Shown: piece by piece, positions 48,601-59,460 of the stretch | How positions within the stretch are numbered: position 1 is the stretch's first letter | Layout: the number at the start of each line of letters is the position of its first letter | Source: Azolla caroliniana | Lineage: Eukaryota > Plantae > Polypodiophyta | DNA length: 64,000 nucleotides | Direction: 5' to 3' | Assembly: GCA_043228905.1 (NCBI GenBank) | Contig: JBHGNT010000016.1 | Span: 14,508,001 to 14,572,000 of the forward strand | The notes under the pieces: generated by a model | What the model was told of the DNA's origin: nothing | The model's database searches: none | The model's input: only the letters and a program-made list of their open reading frames with translations | Position numbers and translations under genes: made by a program

Positions 48601-50600
48601 CCTTGGTGATGTGCACCCGTCTCGCCTCTTCCGTAGTTCCTAGATTTACCTCCTCTACTTGGGATGCTTTAACCCGTTACGAGACGGCCATTTCTCTTTC
48701 TAGCGCCTCCTGTGCTTGCCGTAGCTCCCGGATCACTTCTTTATTTGGTTCCTCGTCGGCTCCATCCGGTGGCAGTATGTATGGTGATACGGCTTCGGCT
48801 ACGTCGATTTCGAACAGAGGTACGATTTTTGAATTATCCTGCAAGTATTGATCTACCTCTTCGTCTGCTAATCCATCCAGCATATTGAAGCATTCGGCAT
48901 ATAGGGGTGTCAATTCCTTCCCGGTACCCATCCGTGGTTGTGTCGGTACCCGTACTTTTGCTTTTCCCCGCCGGAAGGTGATTATATTCTTCCTCCAGTT
49001 TTGTTTAATGTGTGCCGTTTTCAATCACGGCCGCCCCAACAATAGTGGGTAAGCTCCTTGTCCCGGTAGTTGTAGCACTACTGCCAAAATGCGAAATGTG
49101 TGGCCGCCGATCGTTACTTCCAAATCTCATATCAAGACGGTCGGTCGCACTGAGCTTGTATCCGCCATCCGCAGTCAGAACGGGCATGGTTCCCACTCTT
49201 GGATTCCCAAGGTTTTGCACGTTCGGAGGCTAATCACATTGACGCCGGATCCTCCATCTATTACTGTTCAGGGTAACTCCTTTCCCTTCACGATGGCTGT
49301 GATTGCCGGACTGTTTGTGTCTACTATCGCCGGTCCCTCCTCCAGATTTGAGAAGAATGTTGGAGCCGGTGGTGTTTCTCCTGCCGTCATGCCTGTCTTG
49401 AGTCCTTCTGTGAATCTGGGCACTAGCTGCAGGAGCCGTCCTAATGGCAGCGTGATTTGGCATTCCTGTAGTGCCTACCATGTTGCATTTTCGGGCTGAC
49501 TTCCACCGGCGAGCTCTTTGGTATTTTCCTTTTGCTGCGCAAGCTCTGCCAGGTTTCACGCATTTTCCTTTTTTACCCATTCCATTGCCTGCTTGCGGAT
49601 GGCCTCTTGCGCCTCCCATTCCGTTGCCTTACCCTTCGATCTTGTGGTTACCTGCTGTAGGTCTGCAACTTCGGCGACTACCATGTTCACCACCGGTCGT
49701 TTATCATAGCTCTTTGCCGGGCATTGATTACTATAATGTCCTTCTTGTCGGCAATAGTTGCAATCTGCTTTCCGGGTAGTGTTGGATTCAACGTTGTTTC
49801 CTGTCCCCGGTGGAGGACCTGTGGTAACGGCAGGGCTTTGATCCGGTTGGCTGCTTGAGGCGCCCTTTTCCAGTTCCCGTAGGTGACCCCTTTTCTTGAA
49901 ATAATGTTTCTTTTTGTTCCGATACTCTTGATGGGGCTGCTCATCATGTCTGCCGTAGGCTTCCCGTCGTTGGTTGTAACCGAGGGATTGGTCCCGATTG
50001 TATCTTTCATACCATCCATTATAATCCCGGTACCGATCATATCTATCGTACTGGTCAGGGTTGTCCCTGTACCGGACATCCTGTGCCGGTCCGTATCTCT
50101 TTTCTTGCCTGCGTCCGGTGCCATCTTGCGGCTGGTCCTTCCAATGTCACGCCGAATTCGGCTATCTTAGATCGTTCCTCTTTGGCTACGGTTAACCGTT
50201 GTGACACATGGTTCGCCTCGCATGTTTGTTGAAAAGCGTGAACATGAGCCTCCGTGTCCGGGTCATCCCTATACATGGGGTACTGGAACGACATGTCGTC
50301 GTCTGGTGTCGGTGCGCAGGTTGGCGGTGTCAGTGGTCTTTCCCACTCTTCCATCGGCGTCGGGGGGTCTTTGTTCCTCCTCCTTCGGTGTTGGAGGTCT
50401 TTGTCGGTCCTTCTACGGTGTTGCCGGCTCGACTTCCAGTGTCAGAGGTCTTTCTTTGTCCTCCTCGTCCGGGTAAGCGTTTTGTTGCAGACGGAGCGAC
50501 TCCTCCGTCACTTTCCGGATCACTTTGGAAAATGATCGATCCGATCGGGTAAGCGTTTTGTTGCTTCCTTCATCCAGGTAAGCGTTTTGTTGCAGACGGA
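45676..50600 (-). pseudogene. gag-PR-RT-RH-IN of element I
   Basis: Fragmented ORFs 45676-46965 (IN), 46972-47445 (RH), 47537-48436 (RT), with PR and gag upstream. Confidence 0.88.
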
Positions 50601-51979
50601 GCGACTCCTCCGTCACTTTCCGGATCACTTTGGAAAATGATCAATCCGATCAGATTTCTTCCGCCACTTGCTGGAAAGCCTCTCGCCACCTTCGCCGTTC
50701 AGCAAGTCTTCGTGCTCTCTCCGTAACCGGGTCGTCTATTGGCCTAGTCATCCATTCCTACCGTTGTTCACTGCGATTGTGCAGGAATCGTGGTCGCCAA
50801 AAACTGTGTTAATCCTTAGGGCCAGACAACAGCCTAACACAAGGTGTCCACTTAAGACACTTCACCAAAGGGTGTTACAACGAGGTAACTTACGACACAA
50901 CACTTAATTGGACCTTAATCGGTTACTTAGCAATACATCATTAACACGCGTAAGATATACAATAAGCGCAGAACGGTGAACAATACTCAATGATTAAACA
51001 AAAGGTTTATATTACTCTCCGTTCATGACTACATTATAACCGGGCCTTTATATAGATCACCGGTGCAAAGTACAAAACGGTGCCAACCGGCACCTTTTCA
51101 GGATCGGTCCAGATCCGGATCGGCATACCGATACCAATCCGTCCGTCCACATCTTCTCATATATTAATCTATATATTAAGACTAGTAATTTCAACAGATT
51201 CCTAAATAACAATTCCCCTTTTCACACCCTGGTCTTTGCCGGCCGGGTAACACTAAATTTCTTGGAGTCGGGTGAGCCAATCTTCAACAGTTGGGTTTTG
51301 TCGGGAGTTCGGGATGTTCAAGCATCGTCCAATGAGGATGATACCCAATGTTCGCAAAAAATGGGGAATATCTAGTAGAAGAATGTTCTGAGTTGTTGTA
51401 AGCAAATTCCGCCAAATGTAATAGATCAACCCAATCATCTTGTTGATAGTTGACAAAACAACGAAGATATTGCTCTACTGTTTGGTTGGTGCGCTCACTC
51501 TACCTATTAGTATTTGGATAGTAGCCAGAAGAGAGCGTGCAAGAAGTATGTAAGAGGTTGAACATGTGCCGCCAAACTTTTGAGATGAATTGGGATCCTG
51601 ATCACTAATAATATCATCAAGAAGACCATGATGCTGAAACACCTACCATATGAGTAAATCAGATGTCTCTTGGCTAGTAATCGCATTCATGCATGGAAGA
51701 AAATGTGCCATCTTTGTAAAACGATCTACTACCATGAGAATAGAATCAAAACCCTTGGAAGGTGGTAGAACCGTAATGAATTCCAATGAAATAGATTTCA
51801 ATGGGCTCTTAGAAATAGACATTGGTTGTAATAAGCCATATGGATGATGTCAAAGTTTTTTTGATCGGCAACATGTATCACAACTATGAACATAATCCGT
51901 AACAAAATGGCGAAATCGTGGTTCCATTCATCAAATCAAGTTAATAGATTTTTTTTTCACAAGTTGAGCTTAGCACATC

Positions 51980-52725
51980 TACATGTCATCGAGTCCTAGC
52001 CTCTGCCCTCCTAGATTTCGGAGCCAACTCTTGTTTAATGGGTCATGAGTTTGCATTGACACAAAACATCCTCTTGAATAAGCTCTTGAACCCAGTAGCC
52101 GTAGGAGTCATTCATGGCTGCCCTATAGCATCAGGTGATGTAGTCGAAGAGTTTGAGCCAATTCGTGTAGTTCTTGGTGATTTGGCAAGCATAATGTCTT
52201 TAAACGTTATTCGAGGAGAGGGAAAAAGAAAGAAGAAAAAGAAGAAAGCTTGCTAGGATTCTTGGATTCAGAGGAAGAAAAGAAAGATTCGGTTCAAACT
52301 GTCATGACTTGTGACCTAGAGAGAGAACAAGGGTTACAGAAGTAGGAAAGATTCATGTAGTCGAAGATTGGAAATGGAAATGAGTTTATATTATAAGAGA
52401 ACAAGGGTTACATAAGTAAGCTAAGGGGCTAAAGACTAGTGTTGAACCGAATGAGTTGTGATGAATGAATAAACGCCTATATTATGGGTCCTTATGGAGT
52501 ATTCTAGAATGTTCTAGAATACTTTAGATATTCATGATATTTAAGATAATCATGGAATATTCTAGAATGTTCTAGAATACTCTAAATATCTTGTAATAAC
52601 TAATAATATAATTATTATAAATATACATCATATATGTTATTATAATGCTTAAAGGTTTAACATATAGACCATGAAGTTATGGGTTCGAATCCTTGTAAGC
52701 TAAAATGTATGTATACCTTCATAAT
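51980..52725 (-). mobile_element. Fragment of a Tf1/Tcn1-like element L: part of the 5' LTR (boundary at 52300), self-complementary PBS and start of the internal region
   Basis: LTR end ...CATGACA followed by TTGAACCGAAT, complementary to an 11-mer ~150 bp inside the LTR, just downstream of a TATA-like box. Confidence 0.6.
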
Positions 52726-52729
52726 AGAT

Positions 52730-52949
52730 GGTACTTGTGTCTGCCCACTATCAGGGCTTGTAGAAAGATTATTATCTGAGTACAATTTTATGTACAACGG
52801 ATTATTATTTTGAATTGTTTTTTTTATGTTTTGTTCTCTCTATCTCTCCCGCTCATGCTCTATGTGTAGAACCTTTGTGTTTAACTAATTGCCTTGTGGT
52901 GTCCGATGTGTCTATTGTTCATAAGCTTCCGGATACGAAACTCTTTACA
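52730..52949 (+). repeat. 3' half of a copia-type LTR
   Basis: GGGCTTGTA...GCTTCCGG...CTTTACA resembles the LTR ends at 32290-32518 and 59461. Confidence 0.5.
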
Positions 52950-55792
52950 ACTGGCTATAATTTTTACGAGGATTCTTGGAGCTTGAAGAAGAAGCATGAT
53001 CTCAAATGATATGTTTCAATACATCTTGAGAAAATTCGTCAAAAATGATGTTGGTTTGGATGGAATGAAGAAACCTCGAATATTCAGGTGCGTTGGAGAC
53101 ATTAATAATTAATAGTCATAACTAATCTGGCCCCAAAATGTGGGCTCTCCTAGTCATGGTGCGAAATAAGATCGTCGTGATAGAGCATCTTTCATTCCTT
53201 GTTGTACTCTTGGGCGATATGTGATGATAAAGTCAACATGCGTCAGAAATTGCACCCAGTGAGCTTGGCGTTGACTCAAGACTCTTAACATTTTGAAAGT
53301 ATGTGAGGTTTTTATGATCATTGTAAACAATGATTTGGTAGGGAGAACCTTCTAAAGGATGTCTCCATTGTTCGAACGAGTTTATAATGGCAGAAGCTCT
53401 TTGTCATGAATTTCATAATTGATCTTTGTGGCTTCAAATTTATGTGAATGGACAACAATTAGATGTAGCTTCCAATCATCTCCTATCTGTGACAAGGTAC
53501 TTCCTAATGCAAAACCAGATGCATCTACCTCGATGATGAAGGGTTTTTCTAGGCCAGCTTGAAGTAGAATAATAGCAGAAATGAATGGCTCTCTTTAGGT
53601 TTTCAAAAGCCTTGGCCACCCTAGAACTCCATGTGAACGATTTGTTCTTTAGTGTAATCACAATGTTCGAATAATTCATGATAAATTTGCAACAAAAATT
53701 CGCAAATCCTAAGAAAAATTGAACATCACACATTGAACGAGGTGTTTGCCTGCTTAGAATTATCTGAACATTGAATGGATCCATAGATAAACAATAGGCG
53801 AATTTGTGAGACCAAAAGGTATAATTGTGTACTTGAAATTTCCATTTTGAGTGCAGAATGTTGTCTTCTATTGATCGCCTAGAAGTATCTGAACAAGGTT
53901 ATAAGTGCCTCGAAGGTTTAACTTCATGAAAAGTTTGTCTCCACTAAGACGCTCCAATAAACTCGATATCAAGGGTAGCTCGCCTATGTGTTTCAAACTG
54001 TGATTTCGTTTAAACCTCGATAGTCCACGACCATTCATAGAGACCCATCTTTCTTCTTGATGAAGACAATGGTTGCACCAACAGGGCTTTTAGAATGTCA
54101 AATGAATCCATTTGGCAAGTGCTCGTCTATATACGCTCGAAGGGCCTTGAGCTCGGAAGGTGATAGATTATATACTGGCCCCCATGGTGGCTCTTTCCCA
54201 AGTTGTAAATCGATATGAAAATCATAAGGGCGATGGTTTGGGTGACTACCATCTTCGAATTCCAGGTACTCAGTAGGGAGGAGGGTCTTCAACCCTTGTG
54301 AACTAGAGGATGGAGTTGTCGTCACTACAAAGACAAACATTTCCCTTTTTTCTCTTTTTCTCGTAATCTTTGTAGAGAGATGGTCGAGATTTGGTGAGGT
54401 TTTGAATCTCGATTGGTAGCAACAAGGAAGTTGGATTAAGGTTTTTGTTGGAAATAATTGATTGCTCACTTTTTCCAATCAATTTCAAGATCATCAAGTT
54501 CAAACAAAGGACAATCAAATGCTCAAGTCGTACCTTTAGTTTTTGCAAGGATTGCACGTGCTTAGCTAACAAGTGCCATAGCCATTTTGTCTTTATCGCA
54601 CTTTGTACTACCCCCACCCCACTCCCTAAAAAGATTTTCGAATTTGTTTTTTTGTTAATTTTTATTACTAATACTATGAAAAGTGGACATGTTTTTTTTG
54701 CCAAAAACAATACTTTTTTGTTACACTGTAGCGTGCTTTCACCTTAGGGGGATGTCAAGTATCAGACACTTGGCACACTGGTTGCAGAGATTGGAGCACC
54801 AAAGAAGGACAATGAGCTCAACTAACCATAAGAAACGGGGGATAGAACAAAGTAAATAGGAAGCAATCTAATCCAATGGGCAACCTAGTGTGAAAAGGAA
54901 ACACTTACCTTATAAAATGCCACCTTTTGGTGTCTTTTATAGTTCTCCAATCTTGGGTTTTCTCCTTCCATTAGTGTATTAAAGCTCATCTTCTATCCCC
55001 TTAAGCAATTAGGGCTAGGAGAGATTAGGGTTAAGAGCACTAATCTCCTATTCTTGTATATTGTTAAACCTCTTCATAATAAGAAGTGGTGTTTAATAAT
55101 ATATCTTCTTGTCCTTTACATTCTTCTCTATGTGTAAGAGAGAGAGAGAGAGAGAGAGATTAAGTGTTAATAAACAAAGCCATGCAAACTAGTAGCTCTG
55201 AGGTGCAAGCTAATAGGTCAGAGGTACACAGAAATGACACAATGTGAAGACACTTAGAATGTTATATTTAGTGTTGGTTTACTTTGCTTCATAGTTGCTT
55301 AAGTATTAATATTCTTTGTAGCTTTATCATTGTATAATCATCACTCATTTTGTTAGTCTACTATGTCTTTTGTAACCCTGCATATTTCCCATATCTCTCA
55401 CAAACATATTCGCATAAGTTAAATCACTTATCTCCAAAAGTTTGCCATCCTAAAGCACCATTAACATGTCATTGACCCAATACTTCCACTTCTTGACCCT
55501 ATCTACCTCATTTTCATAAGTACAAATGAACCTTTGCTAAATTTTTGTGACCCTATCTACTATACAAATTCTTTAACTATGTTGTATGTTTTAGGGTTAG
55601 GGTTAATGGTAATGATGATTATCGATAAAGATAGACATGGTGGTTATGATGATGATGGAGAGTATGGGATTGATGGCGAGAGAGATCATGTGCATTGAGA
55701 AGCATTGCGGGGTGGGGGGTGGTGCCTAGAATGGCTCCACCCCCCTCCCAAGGGGATTCAACGTTGAGGGGGAGAGAGAAGAAGAGAGATGA

Positions 55793-55835
<43 letters not shown>

Positions 55836-56863
55836 TGGTTATTTATTCATTCATTCCCCATAAGGGGTTAAATAGTACCAGAGGGGGTAGATACAAAGGG
55901 GTGTAAGCCCCCTAGAGCATTCATACTGGACACTCACTCACACCTCCTCGTATCCATCCACATGCACACACGTGTGCATGTGTTCACATACGTATCGACT
56001 CACAATAACATTTATGCCCCCTACACAAACACAACAATCATCATGATAACATTTGACCCTCGCTCATCACATTGACTCTCCGTACATCTCGTACGGGGTA
56101 ACAAACTACATTTATGACACTTATGAACATTCAACATACTTTTATTGCAAAATATCTCTAGATTTGTTTTACAAATTTTGGATTGCATGCACAAGATTTT
56201 ATTCGCTCTAGACTCATGGGTATATCATGTCATATCACAATATCAATAGAAATCAACTTACGCATATTGAGTGGCATTCTTTTTTGAAATAGAAAGCGTT
56301 GCAGGTGTTACCTTGATTGACAAGATATATCACAAAATTATTTAGGTATATGCTATTATAATAATATTTCATGACTAACCAATTGTCTCAAATTTTGTGC
56401 TTTACACTCCAAAGCAACAACACATATAGTGCAAATATGAAGATTTAATCTTACATTTAAGGTTTCTGAGATACATGTGTGTGCAGAAAGAGACAAAAAG
56501 AGAAAGAGAGATTTTGTTCTAGTTTCAGAGATCAAATATGAGCGAGAAAGAAACCTGTTCTATAATATTACAAAAGGGTGTAATTGACCGTGCACATATT
56601 AGTCACCCTAATAAGGTGTGTGACCTGAAGCACACTAATTTTCAAAATTTAAGGGCTATTCGATGAGATTTCTAAAAACAAATCAACACATCAAGATTAG
56701 TAAGCTCTAGGTATGACTAAAAAGATAATGCACAAACACGCCTAAAATTTGTGCTCATGGAAAGTATGCACAAACTCGAGCTATAGGTAAGTTGTATACA
56801 AACACTTCACAGTCTTGTTGATTCAAAACGAGAATATAACACCCATAAGCACACCCATGCCCC

Positions 56864-59011
56864 TTATTCTTTTTTCCCTTGTTCCCAAGGCCATCTCGAA
56901 TAAATCCACCACAACATGTTGGACAAGGAGTTGCCATCATCATGTCCTGATAAAGCATTCACATTTCTCAAGGCTTCTTCCGGTGCATAGAGTGCTTGCA
57001 GAGCATAGACAAAACCTTTCCAACCGTCTCCTACACCAGGCCTACTAAGTGATGATTGTACCCACTCAACAAGCTCCTTTGCAAATCCAATATCCTGAAA
57101 GAGAATTTCAGTAATGGGAAGGATGGGCAAAACTTGGATGCCAAGCCGTGTTTCCCTCCACTCCGATGGTGCAAACCAAAGGCCAGTGTCCCTTTTATTA
57201 GCCCATAAAACTCCAACCATGCGATGTCTGGACACAAAGTTTCCTTCATAGAGTGTGCTATCTGATGGTATATGCCAAAGAGCACGAGCAGCTCGAATCT
57301 CAAGGGCCGCGAGTGTAAGTCCTGCATTGACTAGGCTACTATCTCCAAAGGCTAGTCCTAGAAGGGCAGCCGAATAGTAAGCATTCACGGCTTCACTTGT
57401 ACTCTCTTGGTTTCGTCCATCGACAAATTCAGTTAAACCACCTGCCCATGAATGAAGCACCCAAAAGTCAAAATTCCGAAACCTTGGGAAAAGCGCTCGA
57501 CTTCGAGAAACCATCGTATGATGGTGATGAGTATGTTGACCATGACCATGTAAATGTACATGGTGATTGTGATTGTGATGATGAAAAGTCATGTAATCCT
57601 CTACCATTGTATAAAGATGGGCCTTGTATGTCATTCCCCATTTAGGATCTAATTTTGTCAACACTGCCCCAGCATAGCAGAAATATCCCAAATGGTAATG
57701 ATGATCGTTGTATAATCCAAAACCAAAGTCTGCCGCACCGTTTCTTGAACCATTCCGGCTTGTCAATCCACCCCATTTCTCATCATAAAGAAAAGCATTG
57801 GCATCAAACCTTCCATCCATCCATGGCGTAAGAGAATCTATAAGAAAATGTCTGATCATTTTCAAAAGATCGAGAGCCCCTACCTCCTCGGCTATTAAGG
57901 CCATTCTCGCAGCACGGGCTACAGCTTTTCCATAGAAGTAGCTACTGTCGGTAGTTATCTTTGTCAATTCATGAACCTCCTTCCTAAGGACTTCAGCAAC
58001 TGTATTCTGGTGTACTTGATCAGATATGCCTTTGGATGAATACCATCCCACAGATATAGGGATCTCATTCAACACCCAAGAATCACCCACAACCCCATGC
58101 ATATCGCCATCCATACTCTTGTATGCAAGAGCTCGAAGTGTCTTGTCAGAAGATGGTGAAGACATAATATCTCTGTGCATGGGAAGGCTAAGCATCAACA
58201 GTCCCCCCCAACCAAGTTTCTTCCATTCATAAGTTAACTGAAACGAAGCAGACATAGCCGCATGTCCCTCGATCGGATAGGCTGAACTGAATCGGTCCAA
58301 AATTGCTTCAGATTCAGTATTACTTGGGAGCAATGCCACTCTTATAACCCCTTTGAAAGCACGGGTCACGTGAAGATTTTGTGACAATGCAAGCGGCTCG
58401 GAGCTATAAATAAGCCATGTTTGTCCATTGTTGAACACGAGCCTATGCTTCGTGCAATCCTCATTTGGCAGAAGCTGCAGCACCGCATGTATGGTGGAGA
58501 ATTGAGGGATTGAGGAATGGCTGAAAATGAAGGTAATGTAGGGGCATCCCCTCACCAAGGGGACAGTCATGGCAGCAGATGGGAATTGAAGAGTAACACT
58601 GAGATCATCAAAGTGTGAAACCACATGCTTACTATCACTGATGAGATTGGGGACAGTAGCACCTATGAATCCAAGACCAGCAACGAGGCCATCAAAAAGG
58701 CGTGATATAACCGTGGGATCTTCATGCTTATTATCACGGCTTGCTCTGATCGTGAGGTCCGGGACAAACTCTTGATAAATGTAGTTAGGTTGGACGATCC
58801 GAGAGGGGTAAGAGATGGAAAGGGCACCACCATCTTTGGTGGGCTTGATGAGATATGGGTGGATGTATTCTGGAGCCGATCCTTGGTTTAATATAAAGTT
58901 TTGCCAGAAAGCGTTTGTGGGCAGCGGTTTTTTACGAAGAGCAGGTGCTAAAAGATGATGAGAAGGTGCAGCAGGGCTATCTGTAGTTGGAAAAGGTTGG
59001 GGAATCAACAT
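56864..59011 (-). CDS. Glycoside hydrolase family 81 endo-1,3(4)-beta-glucanase / beta-glucan-binding-protein-like, 715 aa, intronless
   Basis: PLPTNAFWQNF, PEYIHPY, PLVRGCPYIT, SSYFYGK, DFGFGLYNDHHYHLGY, HSWAGGL, GRNQESTSEAVNAYY, DDGNSLSNMLWW; catalytic D/E motifs intact. Confidence 0.95.
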   Translation of the reverse strand: MLIPQPFPTTDSPAAPSHHLLAPALRKKPLPTNAFWQNFILNQGSAPEYIHPYLIKPTKDGGALSISYPSRIVQPNYIYQEFVPDLTIRASRDNKHEDPTVISRLFDGLVAGLGFIGATVPNLISDSKHVVSHFDDLSVTLQFPSAAMTVPLVRGCPYITFIFSHSSIPQFSTIHAVLQLLPNEDCTKHRLVFNNGQTWLIYSSEPLALSQNLHVTRAFKGVIRVALLPSNTESEAILDRFSSAYPIEGHAAMSASFQLTYEWKKLGWGGLLMLSLPMHRDIMSSPSSDKTLRALAYKSMDGDMHGVVGDSWVLNEIPISVGWYSSKGISDQVHQNTVAEVLRKEVHELTKITTDSSYFYGKAVARAARMALIAEEVGALDLLKMIRHFLIDSLTPWMDGRFDANAFLYDEKWGGLTSRNGSRNGAADFGFGLYNDHHYHLGYFCYAGAVLTKLDPKWGMTYKAHLYTMVEDYMTFHHHNHNHHVHLHGHGQHTHHHHTMVSRSRALFPRFRNFDFWVLHSWAGGLTEFVDGRNQESTSEAVNAYYSAALLGLAFGDSSLVNAGLTLAALEIRAARALWHIPSDSTLYEGNFVSRHRMVGVLWANKRDTGLWFAPSEWRETRLGIQVLPILPITEILFQDIGFAKELVEWVQSSLSRPGVGDGWKGFVYALQALYAPEEALRNVNALSGHDDGNSLSNMLWWIYSRWPWEQGKKE

Positions 59012-59025
59012 ATTGTTTAACCATT

Positions 59026-59060
59026 ACTACTACTAGTACTACTACTACTACTACTACTAT
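59026..59060. repeat. (CTA)n microsatellite between the GH81 ATG and the LTR remnant
   Basis: TACTACTACTAGTACTACTACT... Confidence 0.85.
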
Positions 59061-59460
59061 TAATACTCATGCACACTAGTTGTGCATGAGTAACATCTTC
59101 TAACTATAGTATTCATGCACACGAGTTGTGCATGAGTAACGTTTTTTATTAAACTATAATATTCATGCACACTAGTTGTGCATGGGTAGCATTTTCGAGA
59201 ATTTATACATGAGGGTAAGATCTTGTATATAGTAAATCCATGATAATAAAATTATTTATGGTGAGTTAGTACAATGGTAAGGGGTTGGGCTTGTTAACAT
59301 GGAGGTACAAGGTTCAAGTCTTACCTTATGCTTGTGACAAATGTTTTAACATTTTCTTCTATTTCTTCATATTTATTTAATCAGGTACTCCGTACGCATT
59401 TCACATAGTGGACGAAGCACATTACGACACTCACCCCCTCTGAACTTGAACATCCTTTAG
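59061..59460 (-). mobile_element. U3 remnant of an F-related gypsy 3' LTR (boundary 59429) plus PPT, directly upstream of GH81
   Basis: TTACGACA|CTCACCCCCTCTGAAC matches the E/F LTR-PPT junctions; same CATGCACAC...TGTGCATG palindromes and tRNA-like cassette (59267-59321) as the F LTR. Confidence 0.8.

Larger units (their letters stand above)
41944..51252 (-). mobile_element. Full-length decayed Ty3/gypsy element I (Athila-like non-chromovirus) with an extra 3' ORF
   Basis: LTRs 41944-42389 and 50807-51252 (446 bp); TSD CTAAA; PBS TGGCGACCACG (tRNA-Arg-like) at ~50788-50799; RT (WLSPIVVVPKK, FLDD), RH and IN (WGLDFVGP). Confidence 0.93.
51258..54300 (-). pseudogene. Old Tf2/Tcn1-like chromovirus-type gypsy pol fragments (element J): IN 51258-51925, RT/RH 52950-54300
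   Basis: PYGLLQP...VVDRFTKMAHF; HRPYDFHIDL...GPVYNLSPSELKAL; FFLGFANF. Confidence 0.8.

Noticed and set aside
50471-50650. ~107-bp tandem duplication at the start of element I gag
   Set aside because: Ordinary local duplication in a decayed element with no sign of function.
55589-55605. Telomere-like TTTAGGGTTAGGGTT
   Set aside because: Only two units; at most a telo-box-like motif, not an interstitial telomere.
55762-56136. Possible solo LTR (CGTTGA...TCAACA) downstream of GH81
   Set aside because: No TG start, no TSD and no second copy in the window.
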